A stretch of DNA of 64,000 nt from Eledone cirrhosa (GCA_964016885.1 OZ024740.1:32426001-32490000); one strand, 5' to 3'; shown: positions 25,205 to 37,935, numbered from the stretch's first letter. Numbers and translations are program-made. Notes: a model not told the origin generated them from the sequence alone.

Positions 25205-27145
25205 GAGGACAGGTCCCATTTTATGCTGCTAGGCAGTCTTCTCCAGTAAAGTATGTTGTTTACTTTTGCAGTCTTTTGTCATCTCCATTGTGAGGCTTAG
25301 CTTCTTATGGTCAGTATTCACTACTTCTTCTAGGGTTCTCAGCCTTTGGGATTTCTTTATATAGCTGTCATCTTCCATACACATCACATGTCCATCTTCT
25401 CTCTTGTATACTACATCCAATTCTTTTTATGTCGTATTTTTCTCTCAGCTCGCTTATACTACATCATTCATGCGCACTAACATTACACATCTGTTGGAGC
25501 ATACTTGCAATTTGTATGCGGGCATAATATAGTTTACCCACTCTGAGAGAGAAGCCCTTTATTGTCAGCACAGGTACCAACTCCCTAAATTTCTTCCAGC
25601 ATGTTCTTACTCTCGTTATCACATTTTCAGTGCACCTATGATAATTATAAGTTGATGAGGATTGAGCCATGGTGGATCCCCATCCTGCACTCCAAATTCA
25701 TCAGCCTTCCCAAGCCTAGCTTCCTAAGTGCCCACCAGATTACAGAACAGGAAACTGTCGGTCTTCTTCAGATCTCCAAATGCCAAGTAAAGTGAAGGAG
25801 AGATAATAAACTACTCTTAGTTTATTATCTCTCCTTCAGTTATCTTCAGTTATCTTCAGTTATCTTACCAGAATGAGGGCATCAGTAATAACTCTATCTA
25901 GCATAAATCCATACTGCATCTCATCTAACTTGATTCTGTCCTTAATTAGTTGTGTTAGTTTCAACAATTTTCATGACCTGGTTTATGAATTTGATGACTC
26001 TGTAGTTTTCTCAAATGTGTCTCCCTTGCACTTGTAGCAGTTTACTATAATACCATTCTGCACTACTTGATTAACTATGCACCTGACTAGCTTGTAACAT
26101 CATAATCTACCATGCTTTTTGAATTTCATGTCCTTAGTTGCCATCAACTTTTATAACTGGTCTCTCAGTTGGGTCTACATGGCCTAGGCCTTCACTGTTG
26201 AATTTATTCCCATCATCCAGAAGTCTCTTATAAGTCTTCCATGTTTCTTTCTTTATGGTATCAGACAGGGCAAGAGGTCTACTATCATTTCGGACACACT
26301 TTTCTCTAGCATACTGTCTTGCAATCCAGAATATTTCATGTCTCTGATCTTGGTGATGCTGGACATGTGCAAATTTCTTTTTTACCTCTCTCCTCGCTAG
26401 ATATACCTGGCTCTTGGTCTCTCTTCTAGCTATTAGGTATTGCTCTCTCTTTATTCCAGTCTCCCCAGATTTATCTTTTTAGTTTTATGACTACCCTTAT
26501 TATTCTATCATCTGCATATCTGGTTTGTGGCTTCCAAAAGGTTGTCATGTATAAAGCTCCAATTTTTCTCTATGTTATAGGTCTCCATCTCCTCTTCCCC
26601 ACTGTTATAGGTGACATAACGGATTTCTTTGAAGTTGTTAACCGCTGAGGGTGCTCCCAGATTCCATGTCTTCTTTCTCCAGACTGGCTTTTGTCTCTTA
26701 GTCCGTCTAGCCCTTACTCTAAAGCCAATGACAACTAATCTGTGTTGGGAGGTACATGCTTTCCTAGATGACTTGTTATTTACGACCATTTGCCTATATA
26801 AAGGAAGTCTATTTGGCTTATTTGCTCTTGATTGGTAGGTAATTAGGTGGCTGGCTGGCTTCCTGAGTAGCTGGCTGAAGTTCTACTTGCCAGATATTTT
26901 CAACATCTCTATCCCGGATGGCCTGGCCTCTTCAACCATGTAAATGTCAGCCCTAATAGTTGGTCTTTCTATTGGGTCTACTGAGGGAAGACCCTCATCC
27001 AGTGAAACATTCTCCACCTTCAATAGCCTCCCATAACATGTTCATGCCTTTTTCTTCTGAGCATCAATGAGGTTATGTGAATCAGTCATTCTAGATTCAC
27101 AGACACACTACTTTGCAATCTGGAACACCTCATACCACTGATCAT
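25205..27145 (-). mobile_element. Degenerate RTE LINE with internal deletions
   Basis: TSQHRLVV, RVRTCWKKFRELVPVL..KGFSL, GHVMCMEDDSYIKK in minus-strand ORFs. Confidence 0.8.
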
Positions 27146-27157
27146 CTTCATCATTTC

Positions 27158-27498
27158 ATCATCATCATTTCATTTTACGTCTGCTTTTCCCTGCTTGCAA
27201 GGGTGGGACAGGAACTGATTCTGGCTTGATTTCTACAGCTGGATGCCCTTCCTAACACCAACCTCATTTACAGTGAGTGCTGGGTGCTTTTTTGCCGTGG
27301 CACCTACACGACCACTTTACAGTGGAATGATAGGGACCTCAGTCCCTATCATCTCATTTCTACAGCTGAGTAAACTGGAGCAATGTGAAATAAAGTGTCT
27401 TGCTCAAGGAAACAACACATCACTCGGTCTGAGAATTGAACTCACAACCTTTCGATTGCAAGGCCAATGCTCTAACCACTAAGCCATGTGCCTCCATC
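27158..27498 (-). mobile_element. tRNA-derived SINE family A (RTE-B-type terminus)
   Basis: Reverse complement of the copy at 36742-37078 with few substitutions. Confidence 0.9.
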
Positions 27499-28299
27499 TT
27501 GTTGAATATTGGCAAACCTCTTGTTTTAAGCTAGCTGATGTCTAGCTTATCTTTTAATTACTTGATATTGTTATTTGCAACTCTCTTTCTTCCAGTCTTT
27601 CCCAGACTATATTATTTCTTTATATTGGCTTTATTACAAATGCTAGAAGTTTGGGAAAGAATGTGAAATGTCCCCTGGCTTATCTGAGAGGTCAGTAGCT
27701 CCAAATAAGTACTGACTTGTCCGAGACCCTAGTAGGTTCTAGTAGGTAAAATGGGCATTAAATGATGACGAGTATGTTTGTATTGTTACTCTCACTATTG
27801 CTATGTTATACACTTTATTGAAAACTTCACAACTGTCTAGATATAATTTTACATAAGCAACTGCATAGTGCTATTTTTTTGTCACCCATATTTTACATCT
27901 GTTGGCTGGGTGACATTATTAATAATGATTTCCTATTAATCTGTTCCTATATATTAAATATGGTTACTGTACTGAAATGTAATGTTTTATTGCATTAAAT
28001 TGTGATCGTGCTCAAATTAAAGGTGTTGGATAAGTAAGGCTTCTTCTACTGAAAATTTCTACAGCTATTAATGTTTGCTTTCTTGGTTTAAAATTTTTAT
28101 TCATTTTTAGTAAGATTTAAGTATCTTATCACAGCTTAAAAAAAGTTATATTTTTACAAATTTTACTTGAAATTGTTTGTTTTTATATTTACTTGAAATT
28201 GATTTTTTTCTTTTAATTTTATTTTGTTATAGGAAGTATGGTGGGAATGAACAAGCTTGAAACACTTAGTAAACTTTACCAGCAGCAATATAGTTGGCC

Positions 28300-29393
28300 A
28301 TGAATGGGCCTGACTTGAGAAAAATTACTTCAGGCTTAGATGAAGTTTCTATTAAAAAACAATTTCATGTGCAGCATCAGACTTTTCCATGCTGGTTGAA
28401 ATCTACCTTTGAAAGTTCTCTTCATCGAAATGGCCCAAGTTTATCTGATTGCCATGTTTTTAAAGAAAGTGGTCTTAGAAACAGTCCACATCACCCGTTG
28501 CCAATTACTCAGTTATCTAAATATATTTACCACAACCAACGACTTGCTTCTTCACAAGATACTTTACATTCCAGAACCAGTGACTCCTTAGTTCATAAAA
28601 AGTCTATACCGTCCAGTCCTTATTCTCGACCACTCAGTGCCAAAGAATTTGGTCAATATATGTCAGAATCTAATTCAAGCTTGTCTTCCAGTCGAACCTA
28701 TTCAACTAAAAGTCATGCTAGCCCAATTCCATCAGTGATGGCAAATAGTGGTTTTCCAACAAATGTCAATTTTTTTCTTAAACCACAGAGTCTTTCTATA
28801 AAAAATACTGACATAAACAAAAATAATCCTTCCAAGTATTCTCTGAGTAAATGTAATAAATCTGATGTAGCTTGTAGCTCTTCCAAAGATCTTCAACAAA
28901 TTACATCAAGTTCTTTTTCTAAACAATCTGCTTTTCTCTCTACTATATCAACATCTTCTGTTCAAATTTTAACTTCTGTTAATAAGCATATCTCTTCAAT
29001 TCCTAAACCTGGTTGTTGCTTGGCCAAAGTTCCTGATATTTCTCTAAATGTGAGAAATTTGAGTTACAGTCCTGCTGTTTCTTATGTAGAAAATCAACAA
29101 CTGGCTATTAATGATAGCCACTCAATTCAGAATGAAAATAGTTTCTTCCAGAAAAAAAAGATTTACACTTTTGGACAAACTGTGTATTATAATATAGCTT
29201 ATAAACCCGAGAAATTTTTACCTGGAACTAAACCATCATTAACATCTGCTAACAATACACATGTTGAAAAGGAGGACTCTATTTTGATCGAAAAAAATAT
29301 AAGTGATCACCAAAAAGAGATGTGCAACCAAGCCTATGAGAATAGCAACCATGAGGCTCCTCTATCAGAGAGTAGTAGTAGTTTTAGAAAAGG
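28300..29393 (+). CDS. TTLL4: TTLL4 first coding exon (Ser-rich, predicted disordered N-terminus)
   Basis: Acceptor AG 28231-28232; 365-codon open frame from GCCATG; donor GG|GTAAGT at 29394 (phase 2) fits the next exon. Assigned by position and phase, not by motif. Confidence 0.75.
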
Positions 29394-29624
29394 GTAAGTA
29401 GTTATTTATATTTGTTTTATTGGCCTTGTGCCAAAAGTAGAAACAATTATTTGTATTTGTTTTACTAATTACTCTATATCAGATACAATCAAGATATTCT
29501 AGAATATGTAGATTCTGTACACTTTAATTTGCTGTATCATTCCAAGATTTCATAATTTCCAGTCATATTTTTGTGGAAAGGTGGAGGTTGGCCTGGGGCA
29601 ATTTATTTATTTTGTCATTATGTT

Positions 29625-30540
29625 TCTATCAACATCACTGTTTAACACCTATTTTCCATGCTTGCATGGGTTAGACAGCTGTTGCGTGCTGAGACCAGGC
29701 CAGTCAGGTGACTAGGTCCTGCTCATACACTTTGGTTTTGGTTTGGTTTCTAGATGCCCTTCCTAACACCAACCACTACAGTGCGTACTGGGAGCATTTT
29801 ATCGTGACTCTGATAATACTACATTGTAAGGTGGACTAGGTGCCTTTGTAGTGGCACCACCACTACTTCATTGCAGCAGCACTTAGGTGTTCAGTGTACA
29901 TGGTCATACTGGGGAGAGGATTCGTGTAGGTTGAGGCTGGGGTACAGGTATTACACTGTTGGAGTGGGGGTTCATGGTGGTGGCCTTGAAGCATGTGGAT
30001 GCTGTGTGACATATTGTGGGGTGTCAGATTTTTCTTGATGGCATAAAAGAGATGTTTATATGGATTGGGAATGTGTTAGGGGTACAAGGGGGCAGCAGGT
30101 GAAGGAGATGAATTAGTCAAGGTTCAAGCTAGCATGGGTTGGGCGAAGAAGTCAGGAGTATACTAACAGGTGAGGACCTGGGAGTGTTTCATCTCTCTGC
30201 TTCTTTGAGAAAGGAACCTAGGACATGCTCGCAGGGAATTCAGGAGTGTACTGGGAGGTGGGACCTGAGAGTTTTATCACCTCTACTTCGGGTTTTGAGT
30301 GGAGGCAGGCATGTGGTTTGTCATCCTCTTTGTTTTTCTTCATTCCACTTGCACAGAGAGGCGAGTTCTCTGTATTACAGAATATCACCAGTTTTCATTA
30401 GTCCTGGTTCAGCTGCATGAGATCGGTCCTCACCACATCATCCCACGTTTTCCTAGGTTCCTTTGACTTCGAGCACTCTGCATATCTTCTTGAAGTGGAT
30501 GGAACCTGTAGAAGAGGAAAACATTGGATGAAGTGATGAA
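29625..30540 (-). mobile_element. RTE LINE 3' end/UTR remnant
   Basis: Tail CCATGCTTGCATGG and GATGCCCTTCCTAACACCAACCAC; PRKTWDDVVRTDL in ORF 30398-30607. Confidence 0.65.
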
Positions 30541-30598
30541 AACTAACCTCAAAGCATAGATTGTTACCATGTTGTGCTGGGGAAGACCTGCCTATCTG

Positions 30599-30871
30599 TA
30601 TTAGCAAAGCAAAACAGTCATTAAAATAATTGTTTCTACTTTTTTACACAAGGCCAGCAATTACCCCAGTACATTACTGGTGCTTTATTTTATTGACCCC
30701 GTAAGGATGAAAGGCAAAGTTAACTGTGGCGGAATTTGAACTCGGAAATCCCGCCACGGTTAAATTTGCCTTTCATCCTTACAGGGTTGATAAAATAAAG
30801 TACCAGTAATTGCTGGCCTTGTCCCAAAAAGTAGAATCAATTATTTTAATGAATGTTTTGCTTTGATAATA
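30599..30871. repeat. Inverted repeat (foldback) of SINE-B plus flank
   Basis: Arms 30599-30737 and 30746-30871 are reverse complements around an 8-nt spacer GAACTCGG. Confidence 0.9.
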
Positions 30872-31106
30872 ATGTTAGTGGGTTTCTTGCTCAGTATATT
30901 CCTATCTAATCTCCTGCTCTTGTTACACCCCAATCACTTTATATCCTATTCACTGTATCAGACCACATATAACATTTGAACTGTCTATATTCAGTCCCTC
31001 TAGCCCTTACCGTTAACTATCTGGCTCTTAGTTGACATCTACCACTCTTGCCATACTCATTTCTGTTGTTATCACTTGCTCCCTTTTTACTATAACACCT
31101 CTTTAA

Positions 31107-31316
31107 CCCTTTAACATTTAAACTGGTTATATCCAGCCAGAATTCCCTCACCTCAAACTGGCCGTAACCGGTGCTCATACTGATGTTAAGGTATTGTTAA
31201 AAAATAAGTAACATCAAAATCTTGTCGATTCAATATTATGTGAGATAATTATGTAAGATAAAGCCTTTACCGTGAAAATAAAATAGTAAATATAGAGTAA
31301 TGTAAATGCTAAATGG
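31107..31316 (-). mobile_element. piggyBac-type MITE
   Basis: TTAA|CCCTTTAACATTTA ... TAAATGCTAAATGG|TTAA; reverse complement matches the MITEs at 62763-63158. Confidence 0.85.
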
Positions 31317-31804
31317 TTAACTACCTTTTCATGTTTATCGGAACTAGCCAACCTGTCTAGAGTTTGTGGTGTGAATTAGTTGGTAATTAAATAATAACAT
31401 TGTAGCATGGAGAAGACTTGTTGGTCCTATCAATGGCATAACAATCTCTTGTGTTGGTGTCACAATAACATGGTTGGTGCCTGTCAAAGACAATATGTCA
31501 AAAAAAGGAAATGTATGAGTAAAATGTGGTCCCTTTATCTAAGAGGACAGAACTCTGAATAAGTACTGATTTAGAGCTTAACAACTTGTCCAACCCATGC
31601 CAGCGTGGAAAATGCTGCTGGTGGTGGTGGTGGGTGGACAACAGAATTTGTTAGAACACCAGGACAAAATAGCCTGTGGTATTAGGTTACATTATAAGTT
31701 TAAATCTAGTTCTATATATATTTTACATTCCAATCTTCCATGGTTGATAAAATGATGAGCTTCATACTGACTTTAACCTAAAATGATTTGCTCTAATATA
31801 GCAA

Positions 31805-32015
31805 CATACTAACTATACCTTTTGCTCTATCATAATCACTAGTGTATACCAACTATACTCTTTACTGTAATGTGGTCACATCAAGTGTATACCAACTATA
31901 CCTTTTACTCTAACATAGTCACTAGTGTATACCTTTAACTCTAACATAGTCACATACTAGTGTATACCATCTATACTCTTTGCTCTGACATAGTTATTTA
32001 TGTATTAGTGTATAT
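31805..32015. repeat. Degenerate ~40-bp tandem repeat
   Basis: Recurrent ACTAGTGTATACC.ACTATAC..TTT..CTCTAACATAGTC. Confidence 0.7.
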
Positions 32016-32615
32016 CGGTGAAAATAACAGGATTTTTTTCCATGTTTGCAATAGAATTATATTTGAAATTAATTCTATAATTTTTACAATGGAAATAAAT
32101 TTTGTATAAACCTGTACTAAAAAAAGGAACTATTGTGTAATATCTCAGTATTTATTGTTAAATTTTCCACACTTTTCATTTAATTCATTCTTGTTTTATT
32201 CATTTTCCCTATTGATTGCATTGAAGCGAAGTCCTTCTCATCCTATTCATACTCTCTGTCCAGCAGTTATTCTTACAACTCTATTTTCATTGCTGTTTAG
32301 CACAAATGTACTTATATCAGACACATTTTCGATCAGTGCCAGATTCTGATTCATCTTGAGACATTTACACCACTTGCAACATTTCATGCTTTTTTTTACA
32401 CACACAACTTATAACATGAGCAACTCTCTGAGTCTTTGTTTCCTTTATAGATTCATGCATCTCGTATTAGCTTTATGCATAGCTTCTAAGTATTGGTTGC
32501 TTTTACTGTCTTTGGCAAACAATTGCCTATCTCTTATTATCTAGCCTGCTACACTACTCCCTGTCTTCCACCATCTTGCTTGCAGAACTAAGCATTAGCT
32601 AACATTTAGGTTTTC

Positions 32616-35600
32616 ATCATCATCATCATGGGTTTGGACGGGAATTTTCCTACTTAAGGCAAGATTGGTTGTCTTGCTCATATAGGACTGTCTGACGAGT
32701 TTTCTACAGCTGGATGCCCTTCCTAACACCAACCACGTTTACAGTGTGAACTGGGAGGTTTTTACCGTGTTACCTACACGGCCACATTACAGCGTGGACT
32801 GTGTTTTTTTGTCGTGACACCTACACGGCCTCATTTATGTCAGCCTGGATGTTGTGGCACCAACATAACTTTACATCGAAAGGGGTAGTGGGACGGGGGT
32901 GTAGTTTGGTTAAGAGGAAGGAGCCTACTGACTGTAGGTTTTGCTTTGTACTTAGGCAAGGCGGGTCTTCTGTATTACTGTGTAGCGCCAAAGATCTCGG
33001 TCCAGTGGCATTGTCTTGGAGAGGTGTAAGTGTGTGAGGTCGGAATTTATCAAGTCGTCCCAGGTTTTTCTGGGTCTGCCTACTCTGTGGCTACCGTCTA
33101 TTTTTATCGCCCTGCACTTTTTTATACAGCTGTCGTCTTTCATGCGCATCACGTGACCATACCAACGTAGTCTTCTCTCGAGTAAACAACATCTGATCCC
33201 TCTTATTCTTAATTTCTCCCTTAGTTCATTTATGCTTTGCCGTTCACGTATATTACTATTACACATCCAGCGGAGCATGCAAGCTTCGTTCCTCTCTAGT
33301 CTGCGTATATCCTCTGCACACAATGCCCAGGTCTCACTGCCATGTAACATTGCTGTTCGTATGCAGGCATCATACAGCCTGCCTTTCATTTTTAGAGAGA
33401 ACCCTTTAGCGGCCAATAGTGGTATAAGCTCTCTGAACTTTTTCCATCCTGTTCTGACTCTAGCTACTGTAATTTCAGAGCACCCTCCACCACTGCTGAT
33501 TTTGTCACCCAGGTAACAGAAGCTTTCCACTATTTCTATAGAACCATCTATGCAATGGAATGAGCTAGTATTCAGTGGGCACTTGCTGCTACTTATTGCA
33601 CCAGAGCACCGGCCACATATAAAATCTATATTCTTAGTTAGCTTACCTGTGATCCCACTACATCTTTTATGCACCCATACTTTGCATTTGGGACATAAAA
33701 TGGAGTTTCTGCCTACTCTTTTCCTACACACTGAGCATGGCCATTTCCCAGATGGGACCGGTGCTCTATTTTCCTTCCTACAAACTACAACTTTAGTCTT
33801 AGACAGGTTAATTTTAAGGCCTTTTGATTCTAGGCCATGCTTCCATGTTTGGAATTTCTTCTCTAGTTCAGCCATTGATTCAGCTATGAGCGTTAGATCA
33901 TCTGCGTATAGGAGTTCCCATGGGCAACCAGTCTTGAACTCCTCAGTTATAGCCTGAAGGGCAATAATAAATAGTAGGGGGCTAAGAACGGAGCCCTGAT
34001 GAACACTAACTTTTACGCTAAACTCTTCACTATATTCGTTGTTAATTCTAACCTTGCTGACTGTTTCTTTATACATGGCTTGTATAGCTCTCACAAGCCA
34101 TTCATCAACACCTAGTTTTCTAGAGTAATGGAGCAGGGAACTCTGTCAAAGGCTTTCTCCAAGTCAATAAAAGCTAAGTATAGGGGTTTACTTTTAGCTA
34201 GGTCTTTCTCCTGTAGTTGTCGTACAATGAAAAGAGCGTCTGTGGTACTTTTACCTGACACAAACCCGAACTGCATTTCATCTAGATCAATTCGCTCTCT
34301 GATTAGTTGCGTTATTACTTTTTCTGTGACCTCATGACCTGGTCGATTAATTTAATGCCTCTATAGTTAGCCCTATCTAGGGCATCTCCTTTACCCTTGT
34401 AGCAGTTAATGATGATGCTGCTACGCCAGTCCTTCGGAACGACCCCATTCTGTATGAATTGGTTTACTATCCGGGTGACCATAGTGTGTCCCACCGTTCC
34501 AGATGCTTTCAGCATTTCAGCAACTATTTCCGAAGGCCCAGCCGCCTTACCCGTCTTCATATCTTTGATTGCCTTACTTATTATACTACCTTCAACTAGC
34601 ACTGCTGGTCCCTCTATTGGATCGATGTGGGGGAGACTGTCTTTCTCCCAATTATTCTCCTCATTTAGTAGCCTTTCGTAGTGACACTTCCAAGCTACCC
34701 CTTCTTATCAGTGTCAGTGATGGCAAGTACACCATCATCATTAAGGACACACTTCTCCCCGACAATATCACGGTTTTCCTTGACACATTGCCTACCAATC
34801 CTGAACATCTCACGTTTTTGGTCCTCGCGTTTGAGAACATGCTTGAACTTTCTTTCCTCTGCTTCCCTTCTTGCGAAGTACACTTGTCTCCTAGCTTCCC
34901 TCCTGGCCACTTGATAGTCTTCTCTACTTCCCCCATCCTGCCATACTTTCCAAGCCTGCTTTTTGGCCTTAATTGACTCCACCACCACGTTACTCTCCTC
35001 CTGCCTATAGGCCTGCTCCAGCCACAGACTTCATCTGCCGCCTTCAGCAGGTTAGCTTTCAGGAATTCCCACTGTTCCTCTATATTGTACGACTCTAATT
35101 GCTCCTCCTTACTATCAAAAGTGTAATATGCTTTTAAATTTATTACTGGCTGTGGGGTCCTTTAGCTTCCATATTTTTCTCCTGAGGATAGTCCTCCTCT
35201 GTTGTCGAGTACATCTTGTCTTGACTATGAGGTCGCTGACTATGAGTCTATGTTGGGAGGTGCATTCTTCATGGGGGGGGGATTTAGTGTTTACAACAGA
35301 CACTCTATCACGTCTTCTGGTAAGGATATAATCTATCTGACTGGTGTGTTCCCCTGATCTATAGGTGATCAAGTGATTGTCTCGTTTTTTGAAGTTAGTG
35401 TTACAGATAGTTAGGTTATTTGCGTCACAGAATTCCAGGATTCTGGAGCCTTCCTCATTTCTAGTACCAAAACCATAACCTCCATGGATTCCGTCATAGC
35501 CGTCACAATGTTGTCCAACGTGACCATTTAGGTCGCCAGCAATAATTATGTAGTCACTGTCGGTTATTTGGGAGGTAGTGAGCATCAATGTCTCATAGAA

Positions 35601-35858
35601 TCTGTATTTTATTACGCCAGGCAGTCCGGATTGGGGTGCGTACGCAGATATTACTATCACAGTAGTTCTATTTAGGACAAGTCTTATTTTAATTATTCTG
35701 TCGTTCACTCTATTTACGTCTATTATCTTATCTACCCATTTTTCTGCTAACATGATTCCTACCCCACCCAGCCCATTGTCATTTCCCACCCAGAAAAGCT
35801 TATAGCATTGTTTTTTACCCACAATGAATCTAGCAGAACCACCCCTCCACCTGGTCTC
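32616..35858 (-). mobile_element. RTE-clade LINE, near full-length ORF2 (APE + RT + embedded PHD), frameshifted, 5'-truncated
   Basis: APE motifs GVGI, SAYAPQ, GDLNGHVG, SQIDYIL, HRL (35115-35822); RT motifs QGSVLSPLLF, LYADDL, FCYLG, RLRWYGHV, GRPRKTW (32952-34094); 3' UTR ends in (GAT)n at 32616. Confidence 0.95.
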
Positions 35859-35934
35859 TTTGTAACAATTAAGAAATGAAGTAATGCTCTGCTATATCAT
35901 GATTGTCATTGATATATTTATTATATAATTTCAG

Positions 35935-36029
35935 TGCTAGGTTAGTTGGAGATGGAGATACTGCAACAATTAATTCTGAAGGAGAATCTGATGACTGTTT
36001 GACTGAGGAAACTGTTTCAGATTATGAAG
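35935..36029 (+). CDS. TTLL4: TTLL4 coding exon 2 (acidic)
   Basis: TTTCAG acceptor (alternative in-frame AG 6 nt downstream), ARLVGDGDTATINSEGESDDCLTEETVSDYE, donor G|GTAAAT; phases 2 and 1 fit the neighbouring exons. Confidence 0.75.
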
Positions 36030-36301
36030 GTAAATGTCATAAAATCTGCTCTGTATTATGTTTTCCATGTACCTTCCGTTTGTTTCATATCACTTTTATT
36101 CCTTACTTTGTAAGCTTATTCATTTGTTGTAGAATAAGAAATCAGGTTTCCAAGAATTTTCTCTTTGTTCCCTGATATTTTAAGTGTACAGTTGTAGAAT
36201 ATTGTAAAAAATAAATGTATGAAAAGATGTTTTCTATTTGTGTACATATGACTGTTTGGGGCAGAATATAAAACAAAGACTCTGTCATGCTGAATTACAA
36301 A

Positions 36302-37160
36302 TCTAAACTATAATAAAGGAAGGTCTGCGGGACTGCGTACGGTTTATTTTTTTTTATCCCGTTAGTAAAATAAGTTGGATTACTTTGAATAAATAATGAA
36401 TGAATATTACATAATTTATCTACTAAATTTCGTAAACAAAAATAATTTCGTAAATAATTTAAAATTGACTTCTTTTCAAAGTTGCACTTCTGGTATATCG
36501 TTGCCACCACCACCACTTCTACTACCATATATATAGAAAGAGAGTGTGATGTCAACACTTCCGGTGGCGATCACTTAAATAAACATACTAATTTTCTCCT
36601 ACTGCAGTTTATATATAATATCGTCTTTTTTTAATGTATCCTGGTTACGTTACTGATTACATAAGACAGTGTAACGTCTTCGTTCAATTTCTGTGTATAT
36701 TGTCAATTACGATTTTATTTGATGTATCATATCATATCTACATGAAGGCACATGGCTTAGTGGTTAGAGCATTGGCCTTGCAATCGAAAGGTTGTGAGTT
36801 CAATTCTCAGACTGGGTGATATGTTGTTTTCTTGAGCAAGACACTTTATTTCACATTGCTCCAGTTTACTCAGCTGTAGAAATGAGATGATAGGGACTGG
36901 GATCCATATCATTCCACTGTAAAGTGGTCGTGCAGGTGTCACGGCAAAAAAGCACCCAGCACTCACTGTAAATGAGGTTGGTGTTAGGAAGGGCATCCAG
37001 CTGTAGAAATCAAGCCAGAATCAGTTCCCGTCCCACCCTTGCAAGCAGGGAAAAGCGGACGTAAAATGAAATGATGATATATATATCTACTTGCGTATCA
37101 TATCAATATACACACTACACATGCTACAGAAAACCACCCGAAGGGTGGTTTTTCTGCTAG
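36302..37160 (+). mobile_element. Non-autonomous Helitron containing a nested SINE
   Basis: A|TC 5' end (36301-36303); 3' hairpin CAGAAAACCACCC-GAA-GGGTGGTTTTTCTG followed by CTAG|T (37157-37161). Confidence 0.65.
36742..37078 (+). mobile_element. tRNA-derived SINE family A (RTE-B-type terminus)
   Basis: A/B boxes, core and tail; TSD ATATCTAC (36734-36741, 37083-37090). Confidence 0.9.
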
Positions 37161-37935
37161 TGACCATAATGATATAATCTTTTATTTCTGTTACTCCTGT
37201 TGTAGATACCCCTCCACCTATTATTCTTTCTTGTGTGCTGATGCATCAGTGATGCTAGCAAGAGCCATTAGACGGTTTGTGTCACCTTCCTTTAGGTGAG
37301 ACATCTGGGACTAATCAAAGTCCAACTTGTGTCCAGTTAGCACTGCTCATCCATTGTTATCTTGAAATAACTTCTGCTTAATACCAGGTTGGTACTTAAC
37401 CGGAGCTATTGACCTTAGATGGGCTTGTGGCCTGACTGTGCTTACATTCTACCTTGCACTTTACTACTTTATTATGGTACACCAGGGAGGTTGTCATATC
37501 TTTGACGAATCTGAAAAGCTCTACTGTCTTGTTGGCAAGATTTCTATGGCTGCATACCCTTTTTATCACCAACCATTTTACAGGGTGTACTGCATACATT
37601 TATCATGCATATAGATCAACACTAGAGAAGTTGGCGTGCCCTTGACACAACTGGAGGGTCCTATTGACGCTTTTTTGGCATGGTTTCTACAGCTGCGTGA
37701 TCTTCCTATCACTAACCACTTTGCAGAGTGTACTATTTTGTGGCACCAACACTAGAATTGTTGGTCATTGACTCAACCGAGAAGTATTTTCTACCACACA
37801 GACGAGAATAGGACATGTAGAAATGATGCTAAGAAGTGTAGAGTAGAGATCCTGGATAGATTGTAGGTGTTAGGATTTTAGAGGGGTGGAGAAGGTTTCT
37901 GTGCATCTGCCATACATAAAGTGTAACCTTTTTGT

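Noticed and set aside
32952-35822. Active RTE element or programmed frameshifting
   Set aside because: Breaks at ~34110, 34330, 34680, 34990 and 35115 include deletions of conserved residues, and the 5' end is truncated: ordinary decay.
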